Shown: positions 10,766-20,116 of the stretch, in pieces
Layout: the number at the start of each line of letters is the position of its first letter
How positions within the stretch are numbered: the first letter of the stretch is position 1
IMG/VR virus record: IMGVR_UViG_3300035188_000399
Location: 13,546-77,545 of that record
Reading direction: 5' to 3' (one strand)
DNA: 64,000 nt
From: a virus
Notes under the pieces: generated by a model
The model's input: the letters and a program-made list of their open reading frames with translations, nothing else
The model's database searches: none
What the model was told of the DNA's origin: nothing
Made by a program: the position numbers and the translations under genes

Positions 10766-11179
10766 TTAAGTAGGACTTCCGTAGAAGTTGAAATCAATTG
10801 TATAAGTACTCTTATGTATCACAGGCAATGCTTTGTCAGGCCCATTATGAACCAAACTGCTAATACCGAATTGTGTTACTTTACCTGTACTTGTTGTTTT
10901 AGATTTATCTAGAAGATATTTATCTAAAGTATCTGCGATAATCATAGCACGTCTTGTGCCAGAGCCTGCAGCAGTAAATATATCAATTATTAGAATACCT
11001 GCTAATGAATATCTATCTATAGGTTTTCCACTAGGTATCACTGATACGCGAATAAATTCATCATTAGTAGTATTCATAACTACAAAATTTGTCGGGAATG
11101 TTTTTATGTTTTCAGCTTTCCACTCAGTAGAATTAAAAACTGAATAAACGTCTCTCTCTAATATTTCGTACTTACCCAT
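10766..11179 (-). CDS. Tail terminator-like protein
   Basis: GILIIDIFTAAGSG pattern and position before the tail tube. Confidence 0.65.
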   Translation of the reverse strand: MGKYEILERDVYSVFNSTEWKAENIKTFPTNFVVMNTTNDEFIRVSVIPSGKPIDRYSLAGILIIDIFTAAGSGTRRAMIIADTLDKYLLDKSKTTSTGKVTQFGISSLVHNGPDKALPVIHKSTYTIDFNFYGSPT

Positions 11180-11181
11180 AA

Positions 11182-11526
11182 TTATACCTCATGAAATAAT
11201 TCGACAACAGAAATATGGTTATTAGATGTAATCATATTTCCAAAATGCCACTTATCACCATCTATATAAACATGGTCAGTCATTGAAAACGGTCCGACTT
11301 CTTTTGTTTTAAACATAATAGTCATCGTTTTTGCTTCTGGAGTTTTAGACGTCTTTGTAATAATTATTTTTGTCGTTATCGAAGGTATAGTCGTTTCATT
11401 AACTTCACCAGTACTAAAATCAAACTCTGAATTGGTTGTTTTAGTGAAAGTTGCTTCAATAGCTAGATCTTTAGCTGCATTAAAAGCTTTATTTAGTGCA
11501 TTACCAATTAATGAATTATAAGACAT
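11182..11526 (-). CDS. Head closure/neck protein (putative)
   Basis: Synteny and size, plus FDFSTGEV pattern. Confidence 0.55.
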   Translation of the reverse strand: MSYNSLIGNALNKAFNAAKDLAIEATFTKTTNSEFDFSTGEVNETTIPSITTKIIITKTSKTPEAKTMTIMFKTKEVGPFSMTDHVYIDGDKWHFGNMITSNNHISVVELFHEV

Positions 11527-12008
11527 TAATTAGCCCTCCACCATGTTCTCTTGCCGCTATTCCGGAGTAACGGTTTGATAAGTGTCTTAACAACCATAGG
11601 AATTTTATCCGCAGGTCTAATGACGCTAAGCTTTAAGCCACTAAGTTCTAAGTCTTTGATTAAACCAGTGTTGTCGAGTAATCCATCATTATTTAATAAA
11701 TGATAAGCTAACTCATAAGTAGCTTTAACTACTCTTTGATCAACATCAGTAGAAATTAAAGGAACAAGTATACCTAATTTGGGATCAAAGTATTCACCAT
11801 CTTTACGAGGATGTGCAAGTAACTGATTTGGACTTGTAGCTACTCCAATCCAATCCAATTCATCCAACATAAATGTAGCAGTGCATAATGATTGCTCTTT
11901 CTGTACATCAGGGGCATCAGTCCAAGCTGCTACATCTAATCTATTTTCGAAATAAATATTGGCCTCAGTTACAGTAGCATTTGAAGTAACGCCTTTAACT
12001 AGTGCCAT
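11526..12008 (-). CDS. Head-tail adaptor protein
   Basis: TVTEANIYF...QLLAHPR...VVKATYELA pattern of adaptor proteins, directly after the capsid gene. Confidence 0.7.
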   Translation of the reverse strand: MALVKGVTSNATVTEANIYFENRLDVAAWTDAPDVQKEQSLCTATFMLDELDWIGVATSPNQLLAHPRKDGEYFDPKLGILVPLISTDVDQRVVKATYELAYHLLNNDGLLDNTGLIKDLELSGLKLSVIRPADKIPMVVKTLIKPLLRNSGKRTWWRAN

Positions 12009-12018
12009 AACTTACTCC

Positions 12019-13242
12019 TTAAGAATGGAATACAGGCAAGATACCTAATGATAATGCAGATTGTGTTTTACGTGTCCACACACCTCTTGTGCTGCCAATA
12101 ACAGATGCTGCAGTAAGTGCTTTAGTAACACCGCCTTCAACAACACCCATATAGTCAGCATCAGATGGGAATGCAGTTTTAGCACCATTCCAATCGTAAC
12201 CAGCAGGAGCTAATACATAACCCCAACGATTCCAGATAGAAGTTGTACCGCCACCTTTATATTTGTTAGCATCACGGTATACTTCAACAGAATCAGGTAC
12301 AGTTAAGTTTTCCATAGCGATTGCACCAGGCAATACAATGAAAGAAGTTTTAGTACCTACTACGTCAACACCAGCACCTGTATTGATTTTAGTCAATTCA
12401 GCAGATGATAATGATTGTGAAGCACGTGTAGTAATTAAACGGAATTTACCGTTAAAGATTGTGTTAAAGTTAATGTTACCATCAACAATAGTTGTTTCGT
12501 CAACAAAGTTAGCTGAACGGAATGAAGCCAAAGTTTCAGGAGATACAACTAAGTATGCCCAATCTGGTTCATAGTCTTTGAATGCCATACCAAATGCATT
12601 TAAGAAACCTTCAGCACGTGACGCGCCTTGGTATGCATAGTTAGTAGCGCCTGCAGGTGAAACACCATTAGCAGTAGTAATTTTGTTTGTACCAAGATCA
12701 ACATAGAAACCATAAGATTTATCTGCAGGATCATTGGTGAATGTTTGACCGCCTACACCAGTTACACCTGTACCTGTGGCAGCACCATTCAATAATTCAG
12801 AAACAGCAACACCTTTTAACACAGAAAGAATAGCATTGTGTTCGTCTTGAGCACGGGTTTCACCGAAGTCACGACCAATTTTAGCTAAACCGTCTTGTTG
12901 TGTTACGATTTGTTGCATATTAACTTTTTCAGCACCATGTGTACGCACAGTTTTAATGTATGTGCTGTAGTCAGTGTCATAGTTAGTTTTTGTACCATCT
13001 GTAGAGTCAGTTAATGACGCAACATTGATAGTTGGGTTTAATGGTTTGAACCAACGCATTTGACCGATAAAGGTTTCTGTGCTAGTGTCAATTTGTGGAT
13101 TAGAAGAAGTGATACCTGTACCAGATAATTTCTTTGCAGTGGTGTAAGCTTCATCGCTATAAGCACCAATCGCTTCTTGTAATACATAGTTATTATTTAA
13201 ACCCGAAACCCCTGTAGGGAGGGTTAAAGTTGAAGCACCCAT
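12019..13242 (-). CDS. Major capsid protein
   Basis: 407 aa, follows the scaffold, coat-protein-like composition. Confidence 0.8.
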   Translation of the reverse strand: MGASTLTLPTGVSGLNNNYVLQEAIGAYSDEAYTTAKKLSGTGITSSNPQIDTSTETFIGQMRWFKPLNPTINVASLTDSTDGTKTNYDTDYSTYIKTVRTHGAEKVNMQQIVTQQDGLAKIGRDFGETRAQDEHNAILSVLKGVAVSELLNGAATGTGVTGVGGQTFTNDPADKSYGFYVDLGTNKITTANGVSPAGATNYAYQGASRAEGFLNAFGMAFKDYEPDWAYLVVSPETLASFRSANFVDETTIVDGNINFNTIFNGKFRLITTRASQSLSSAELTKINTGAGVDVVGTKTSFIVLPGAIAMENLTVPDSVEVYRDANKYKGGGTTSIWNRWGYVLAPAGYDWNGAKTAFPSDADYMGVVEGGVTKALTAASVIGSTRGVWTRKTQSALSLGILPVFHS

Positions 13243-13263
13243 CTTTTATTTTCCTTAAAGTAT

Positions 13264-13902
13264 TTATTTCCTGCGAAGTGACCCTTCAGCAGCACGTTTA
13301 AGTACTTCATCTTGTGATAAGTTGAATAAAGATTTATTCGAAGTATCTTGAGAAGTACTGCTAGAACTTGTCTGACCTGCCCCTGTCGAAACTTTTGGTT
13401 TGAATAAGAAAGAATTATTATCGTCTTCAGAAAATTGTTTTATAAAGGTTCTTAGATCAGTTCCTGATTTATGCACCCATACTCCATTTTCATTTTGTAT
13501 AAGTTGCGATGCCACATCCATATATGCCATATCTGCAGCTTTATCACTCCTAAACGTATACCCACTAAGAATAGATTTTACTTCTAAGTCCCTAGCAAGT
13601 TCTATGTTACGTTTTGTTATCGTTTCCAATTTAGCATTGGCTTCCGCTAACTGAAGTTCATAAGCTTCTTTATGTTTTCCTTCTTCTTGAAGTCTTTTTA
13701 ATTCAGCTTCTTTTTCTTTTTGTTCATACTCTGCAGCTTTCTTTAACGCGTCGTCACGTTCCTTATAAGCATTATCAAGTTTGGACTTAATAGGTTTAAG
13801 AGCTTCCTGGATTTTCGAGTCCACATCATCCACAGGAGGATTGGAAGGAGCAGGAGGCGGAGTAGTATTGTTAGTTTCTTCTTGTTCGACATTTTCGGTC
13901 AT
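13264..13902 (-). CDS. Capsid scaffolding protein
   Basis: Charged coiled coil, FLFKPKVSTGAG near the C-terminus, upstream of the capsid gene. Confidence 0.75.
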   Translation of the reverse strand: MTENVEQEETNNTTPPPAPSNPPVDDVDSKIQEALKPIKSKLDNAYKERDDALKKAAEYEQKEKEAELKRLQEEGKHKEAYELQLAEANAKLETITKRNIELARDLEVKSILSGYTFRSDKAADMAYMDVASQLIQNENGVWVHKSGTDLRTFIKQFSEDDNNSFLFKPKVSTGAGQTSSSSTSQDTSNKSLFNLSQDEVLKRAAEGSLRRK

Positions 13903-13978
13903 TGGTAATTTCCTTTGAGTACAACTCAGTTACATAGAACAGATACAATCTGCCCTATAGGATATTTTGTTTTAATGT

Positions 13979-13997
13979 TTAGGGTTAATTTAACGGG
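13979..13997 (-). promoter_or_regulatory. Class A repeated motif (putative phage RNAP promoter)
   Basis: CCCGTTAAATTAACCCTAA upstream of the scaffold/capsid operon. Confidence 0.65.
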
Positions 13998-14092
13998 TTC
14001 TATTAATCCCTAAGATATACATCTATTAGTATATTTATTAAGAATATATGATAGACTGATTAACTAAGGGATTATAATATAGGGGGACCGAC

Positions 14093-14112
14093 TTAGGGTT
14101 AATTTAACGGGG
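14093..14112 (-). promoter_or_regulatory. Class A repeated motif (putative phage RNAP promoter)
   Basis: Exact CCCCGTTAAATTAACCCTAA copy. Confidence 0.65.
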
Positions 14113-14113
14113 T

Positions 14114-14335
14114 CTAACTAACCAAAACCCAATCTTCTGCTAATAAATCAGAGACTGAAGGAACCCATGTATCAAAAGAGTTTCTGACATTTTTAATGAC
14201 AAAGTGAGAATTCAATTCAGAAAACTCAAAGTCATGCGCTTTGACTAATTTGATATACATATCTTTTCCGTTCCAACCGCTACGTGCTAGTTTTTGACCA
14301 GCAATTATCATATCTAATGCGTGACTAAATCTCAT
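14114..14335 (-). CDS. DUF2829 / Tad2-like (Thoeris anti-defence sponge family) protein
   Basis: F..AL....G.KLARSGWNGKDMY...WVPSVSDLLAEDW is the DUF2829 signature. Probable start at 14335. Confidence 0.75.
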   Translation of the reverse strand: MRFSHALDMIIAGQKLARSGWNGKDMYIKLVKAHDFEFSELNSHFVIKNVRNSFDTWVPSVSDLLAEDWVLVS

Positions 14336-14466
14336 TTGTGTTTTGCTCCGCATACAGTACATGTAAAACCTTTCTTTTGATCTGGGTTCATTACACGCAT
14401 TTGTTTACCGTGGAGATTATCTTGATTAGGGTGTTGACATGTACATCTTTTAATTTCTGCTGACAT
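14332..14466 (-). CDS. Small Cys/His-rich (zinc-finger-like) protein, 44 aa
   Basis: MSAEIKRCTCQHPNQDNLHGKQMRVMNPDQKKGFTCTVCGAKHK. ATGA overlap with the next gene. Below the ORF-track cut-off. Confidence 0.6.
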   Translation of the reverse strand: MSAEIKRCTCQHPNQDNLHGKQMRVMNPDQKKGFTCTVCGAKHK

Positions 14467-14470
14467 ATAA

Positions 14471-17400
14471 TTATCCTATTCCATAGAAACCCCAATCATC
14501 ATCAAACTTAGTTGGATCGGGAATTTCACTCATAACATCTTTTTTAGTTAAGATGTCTTTTTCTGTTAATATTTTACCACCGACAACTGATTTGCCTGCT
14601 ACAGGTATTAATCCTTTGTCAATAGCTTCGTTTAAATATTGATCATATAATTCTTTAGGGAAACCTCTTGCTAACATTTCATCTAATGTAACTTTAACAG
14701 GATTTTTATCTAATACATTAGCGTAAAGTTTTCTTATACCCTTCCGGGCCTCCAACATATCGGCTGCATTGGCGAAAAACGCATCGTGAATGGTGCTTGT
14801 GGCAATCTTATTGTCTCGTCCCCATAGGTGGAAATTTTTGACCAATGTTGCGTCATTGGAGTGGTTTCCGTTGACTGCATAAGCTGTGCGTGCTTTTGTG
14901 GCATCTGCGATATCATTTATTTTCCCATCAGCATTTACTACTTGTTCCCACCAAGTAGCTTCGGTCTTTTGTTGTATTTGGACTAAGTTATTAATCCAAT
15001 TACCATCTTTATCTTTATATGCTAATCGTTCTTCAAAAGATTGTGTGAAATTTTGTTCGATAATCTTACCATCAAAATTTACCCATGGGACATTAGTCCA
15101 TGACTTAGGAAGCTTATTAGCATAAAATATTTCAAAACCTTTAGATATATTTAATTTTTCAATAGGTTCTAATCTAAATACCTTAAATCCAGTACGTCTG
15201 TCATTAGGTGCTTTTACACCATATATTAAATCAGCTAATGTTCCATCTGGTTTCCAGCCATCAAATCGTTTTAAAAATTTCTCTGATAGCGCTTCACCAG
15301 CTTTTAGTCCTAGTATTTCACTTATCCTGTCAGGGAGGACATAACCTTTTTTACGAACACCTAAAACTGCGGTAGTTCCTATTGATTTCCAATCTAAAGC
15401 AGCTTGAGAAGGTTTGGCATTAGTCAGGTAATCTTCAGCCAATCTGCCGAAAAATTTTGTAAAGTCTTTTAAAATAGGTACTTGTTCACTAAGATGCTCA
15501 GACATTAATTTAGCAATAGCTTGAAAATCTCTTGGCGTAACAACCATATCATAGGTATGTGTCATCTTTTCCACTAAGTCTTTAGTGGCAGGATCAAGGA
15601 AATATAACTGTTCCATAATCTCGTCACCAGGATCTAGGCCTTTATTAAATATGTCTTTTACATTTTCTCTTAATTGTTTTAGTTGCGCAGTAGTTTCAGG
15701 ATCAAACTTTTCATATCTTGCTGCACGTGCTGATATTTCATTTAATACTTTGTCTCTATCACTAGCTCTAACAACTAAAGTAGGTGCAAATGTTTCAGGC
15801 TTTTTAGCTACATTAACTAATTCTTCTTGTAACGCTGAATTAAGATCTGAAATTGTCTTTTCTGTATCTGTAGTAGCAGGTGTAAATCCTGCATCTTCCA
15901 AAGCCATTTCAGCTGCTTGTTTATTTGTCTTTAGATTATAAACACTAGCTTCATCTTTAATGATAGTATCTTCACCAAATCTATTTGACTTTAAAATACG
16001 TTTTTGAGCTTCTAATAATTTGAAAGCTCTAGAATCAGAAGGGACATTTAAAGATTTTAAATGCTCATCCAAAAACTCACCGAGTTCTTCTACAACTTGC
16101 ATAGCAATATATTTCTTAGTATCGCCTTTTGAGCGCTGTTCAAATTTAGCTTTATTTTCAGCTATTTTCTCTTTAGAAAATTTCTCGCCAGTCTTATGAT
16201 CGAATGTTTTATATGTAGCACGTTCTTTTCGTTCATCTGTTAGTTCAATATCAGCGGTATGTAACCATTTAAATGTATCTTTTAACTCTGCAGGAGATAA
16301 CTTACCTTTCATAGCTTTAGCAATTAAATCACCTTGAGCTTTAATAATTTCGTCTGGTGTACCTACATAATTAGGGTCTGTTTTGTTTTCAACACCTAAT
16401 ACACGTAATAAGCCAGCTGAGTCTTGTCTTTCAGATAACAAACCTTCTGTCACTTTTACTTCAGGCGGTTTTGCAGGTTTCTTTTCCAATACTTTTGCAA
16501 GCTTACCTTCAACATTAAGAATTCCAGTTCTTTCTCCAGCTCCATAAAACGTAACCATATTTTGAGCTTTTGCAGCTTTACGTAAATCCTTTTCATTGAG
16601 ACCTAATCTTTCATTTAATACTTTAAATCGTGGATCATTAAATGTTGCTGCAGCAATTTCATCATATAGACGTCTTTTCTGATTTGTAGGAACAACATTA
16701 GATAGCGATGCAAGCTGTTTATTCTTAGTAGTTAAAGCAATAATCTGTGCACCAGATGACGAAGCATCTTGTTCAAGAGCAAGAGCAGTTTTATAGGAAT
16801 TCATTCTATTAGTTGAAGCTAAATTTTTCAAATCTGACTCAGACAAAGTGTAATGCAAAGGACTACTTCCAACATCTGATTTAGTTTTTATTTCAAATGT
16901 TTTAGATGTTTTAGCTGCATATTTCAATCTATCTACGCCTCTCGAATGCCCAACTACTAATGCTGCTTTTTGATCAGGTTCAGTAAAATCTGCACCAATG
17001 TCAAATTCAACTCGATAACCGTTATTTTCTAACTTAGCTTTTATATCGTTATAAAACTTATCAGCTAACGGATTACCTTTTATAAACTTAGGATTACCTT
17101 TTACGATAACAGCTAGTGGTTTTTCATTTAGATAATTATCTATCTTAGCCGCTTCCATAGCAAACCTAAAGAACTTACCTAACTCTTCGCCTTCAACTAA
17201 TTGCACCATATCAGACTCTAATATAGCGCGAATATCTCCTGGTTTACCACGTAACATTTTATTACCAATATCTACCATCTCTGGCCACAATTTATCAGCA
17301 ATCTTTTGTCTGCCTGTAAATGACAATGAATTATATCTGCCTTCAAATACATCATTCAGACCGCCCATGAACGCGCCTATTTGATCTCTAAAGTTTCTAT

Positions 17401-20107
17401 AACCATCTTCACCAAGAACTTTTTCAACTTCAGTATTTAAGAAAGGTCTGAATGATTCTCCTGATTGCGGACTAATAAGGCCACGATCATAGATCCTAGC
17501 CCGATGGTCAACAAAAGCATGATTACTGAAAGAGTAGCCATTATTTCTAAGCCAATCCATAGACTTGAAACGCTCATATGCATCACCTCTGGAAGAAATA
17601 TAGTGTTTATATTCGTTTAAATCATTATACTTTTTAGCATTACCTTTATCATCTTCAAAGTATAATAACTTTTGTGTAAAGTCATAAAAGTCATTGTCAA
17701 TTTTGTATTTAGATTGAGATGCCCAATTTAATGCATCAGTTAAATTCTTGTCAACAAATTCTTCAGGAAAGTCAGAAAAACTATTAGTAGATGTAATAGG
17801 TATACGTGTATCTTCTAAACCTAGGAGACCTCTGTCAATAAAATAAGTTTTATAGCCCTCGCGAAAAACCAGTTTATTCTTCTTTGTTGTTACGCCAACA
17901 CGTAGGCCGACCTCCACTTTCCGTGTGAGCTGTGAATATTCTTGTATTCGAGGATCTACAACTCTTATGTTGTATGACAGAGTGTCATAATAAGGGCCAA
18001 ATAAAGAACCGCTAAGTCTACTTTTCATTCTTCGTTTTTGAACACCATATGTTTCAACTTCAAAGAATTTATTTACATTTTTAGCTTCTAAAAGCTTCAT
18101 ACCTGTTTCATACCATTTACGTCTTGTACCATTAAGATTCGCAAGATTATATAAATCTCTTCCAAGGGCAATAGCAAATTGGTCTCTGTCTGGCATATCA
18201 GCCATACTTAATCTATGAGCAAATTTAAGATAAAATTGTTGTAATGCAGATTCAGTTAAGCGATCTTTACCTGTAGGTAATTTTCTTAAAGTAATAGGAA
18301 TTTTATAGTCAAATACATTACGCAACTCTCTCGCTATTTTAGGTGCTGTATTGTCTTCCCAATAATTCTTAGCAGTAATATTGTCTATAAAATTATCATG
18401 TAAATCTTGCAATTGAGTAGGGCCTAGCACTGGATCAATATAATTATTCTGTTTTAGTTTCTTCAATACGTTGGTATCACTACGTATCTGAGTCTCAATA
18501 GCATCAGAAACATTCATAACATCAAATTTAATTTGACCTTGTACTACAGCCTTAAAGTTATTCCATTGTTCACCATTATTTCTAAATCTTGTGAACAATA
18601 TACGAAGATTATCTACCACAACAGCTCGTTCATTGACACTCATCTTTTCACTAAGTGTATCATTAAATGACTTAATGAACTCTTTATCTTTTGGCTTTAA
18701 AACATCACTTTGTTCTGCAAGTCTTAAGTTATTGTTGAGTACGGATGGATTAGGTTGATATAATCTTGTATCTTCGTAGCGCCCTGTAACGGGATTAAAG
18801 ACGAGTTGATCCTCCGTTGGAAGACTGTTAAGCACTCTTGTTTTGGCAGCTTTCTTTGTATGTATAAGTGCGCCTCGATAGTTTGTAAGGGACAATGTAC
18901 CATCTAATTCTCCTGATTGTAAGAGATAATAATCTTTTAATGTTTGGATTAATTTAGGATCACCTATAAGATCATCTGGTGTCATAATAGGTAATTGCAT
19001 CGCATCTAATTTAGCTTTAGCATTTGCAAACTTTTGTGTATCATTAGGCAATGTGTAAGTAGGGTCAGTCATGCGTCTCAATTCTTTAATACCAATAGTG
19101 TTACCTTCTGGATTAGTGAATTGATCGACAGTAAGTTGTCCGCTTTGAAACATATTAACTTTTTTATAATCACCTAAATGTCTTAATTGCACATCTTGTG
19201 GTTGTCTTAGCAGCCAGTCATTATAACTTTCTCTCAATGGCGTATTACCATCATAAAAAGCTTTTTGTTTGTCCGTAAGTCCTGCTAAGTTTCGCTTACG
19301 TACTTGTGCTACGCTTTCTAAATCTGCAATGTCTTTCCATGATTTAAACACTGGAACAGTAGTAGACCTGCAATGCCAATGTGCTGGCGGGAGATGTGTT
19401 GTATCATTTATCGGATATATTTCACCATCTCTATGTGCACATAGCGGGGTTGTTCGTGCGTCAAGGACAGCAACGTATTGCCATCCTTGTAACGCTTTTT
19501 CATTTGCCTTATAAATCGCATGATCAGCTTGTGAGGATACGGATGTGATAGCCGTTATTACCAGACCTCTTGACTGCATGCGAGTTATATTATGTACATT
19601 TCCTGTACGTACTTGTAGAGCTATTTCATCTACGCTTTTTCCGTCAGCTATACCTTTACGTATAACTGCTTCTAATCTAATTTTTTCATTCTTAGCAATG
19701 CCTGACCAGCCTTGCTCCATTGTTCCATTTTCACTTAATGGATTTTTCAGAACGATTTCTTCAGCTATTCTATTCTTAGGTCTTTCTGTACGCCATATCT
19801 TACCCATTGCTACTTCAACTTTTTGATAAGCATATGAGAGCTGGTCTGATACAAGAGACGATAAGTCTTTTTGAACCGAATTATTAATAGACTTATATGT
19901 CTTTCTTAATTCTTGGTCAACAGCTTCTCTAAATCTATCAAAGCCTCGTCCTGATAATTCTGCATCTTTAATTAATTTGTCTAGTCTAACAACATGACCA
20001 TCAATAACTAAATCAACTTTACCAGAGACTCTTCTCTCATATAAACGGATCATCGCTGCGCGATCTAGTGTTTTATCGTATATTTGTGTATTACTATTGA
20101 CGATCAT
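14471..20107 (-). CDS. MuF (SPP1 gp7-like) minor head domain fused to a T7-family single-subunit RNA polymerase; putative virion RNAP
   Basis: MuF motifs QYVAVLDARTTPLC and PPAHWHCRST. RNAP motifs DHRARIY..SPQ, EQDASSSGAQ (A), RKAAKAQNMVTFYG (B), NGNHSNDA and TIHDAF (C). Sits directly after the portal. Confidence 0.88.
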   Translation of the reverse strand: MIVNSNTQIYDKTLDRAAMIRLYERRVSGKVDLVIDGHVVRLDKLIKDAELSGRGFDRFREAVDQELRKTYKSINNSVQKDLSSLVSDQLSYAYQKVEVAMGKIWRTERPKNRIAEEIVLKNPLSENGTMEQGWSGIAKNEKIRLEAVIRKGIADGKSVDEIALQVRTGNVHNITRMQSRGLVITAITSVSSQADHAIYKANEKALQGWQYVAVLDARTTPLCAHRDGEIYPINDTTHLPPAHWHCRSTTVPVFKSWKDIADLESVAQVRKRNLAGLTDKQKAFYDGNTPLRESYNDWLLRQPQDVQLRHLGDYKKVNMFQSGQLTVDQFTNPEGNTIGIKELRRMTDPTYTLPNDTQKFANAKAKLDAMQLPIMTPDDLIGDPKLIQTLKDYYLLQSGELDGTLSLTNYRGALIHTKKAAKTRVLNSLPTEDQLVFNPVTGRYEDTRLYQPNPSVLNNNLRLAEQSDVLKPKDKEFIKSFNDTLSEKMSVNERAVVVDNLRILFTRFRNNGEQWNNFKAVVQGQIKFDVMNVSDAIETQIRSDTNVLKKLKQNNYIDPVLGPTQLQDLHDNFIDNITAKNYWEDNTAPKIARELRNVFDYKIPITLRKLPTGKDRLTESALQQFYLKFAHRLSMADMPDRDQFAIALGRDLYNLANLNGTRRKWYETGMKLLEAKNVNKFFEVETYGVQKRRMKSRLSGSLFGPYYDTLSYNIRVVDPRIQEYSQLTRKVEVGLRVGVTTKKNKLVFREGYKTYFIDRGLLGLEDTRIPITSTNSFSDFPEEFVDKNLTDALNWASQSKYKIDNDFYDFTQKLLYFEDDKGNAKKYNDLNEYKHYISSRGDAYERFKSMDWLRNNGYSFSNHAFVDHRARIYDRGLISPQSGESFRPFLNTEVEKVLGEDGYRNFRDQIGAFMGGLNDVFEGRYNSLSFTGRQKIADKLWPEMVDIGNKMLRGKPGDIRAILESDMVQLVEGEELGKFFRFAMEAAKIDNYLNEKPLAVIVKGNPKFIKGNPLADKFYNDIKAKLENNGYRVEFDIGADFTEPDQKAALVVGHSRGVDRLKYAAKTSKTFEIKTKSDVGSSPLHYTLSESDLKNLASTNRMNSYKTALALEQDASSSGAQIIALTTKNKQLASLSNVVPTNQKRRLYDEIAAATFNDPRFKVLNERLGLNEKDLRKAAKAQNMVTFYGAGERTGILNVEGKLAKVLEKKPAKPPEVKVTEGLLSERQDSAGLLRVLGVENKTDPNYVGTPDEIIKAQGDLIAKAMKGKLSPAELKDTFKWLHTADIELTDERKERATYKTFDHKTGEKFSKEKIAENKAKFEQRSKGDTKKYIAMQVVEELGEFLDEHLKSLNVPSDSRAFKLLEAQKRILKSNRFGEDTIIKDEASVYNLKTNKQAAEMALEDAGFTPATTDTEKTISDLNSALQEELVNVAKKPETFAPTLVVRASDRDKVLNEISARAARYEKFDPETTAQLKQLRENVKDIFNKGLDPGDEIMEQLYFLDPATKDLVEKMTHTYDMVVTPRDFQAIAKLMSEHLSEQVPILKDFTKFFGRLAEDYLTNAKPSQAALDWKSIGTTAVLGVRKKGYVLPDRISEILGLKAGEALSEKFLKRFDGWKPDGTLADLIYGVKAPNDRRTGFKVFRLEPIEKLNISKGFEIFYANKLPKSWTNVPWVNFDGKIIEQNFTQSFEERLAYKDKDGNWINNLVQIQQKTEATWWEQVVNADGKINDIADATKARTAYAVNGNHSNDATLVKNFHLWGRDNKIATSTIHDAFFANAADMLEARKGIRKLYANVLDKNPVKVTLDEMLARGFPKELYDQYLNEAIDKGLIPVAGKSVVGGKILTEKDILTKKDVMSEIPDPTKFDDDWGFYGIG

Positions 20108-20116
20108 GTGTCACCA

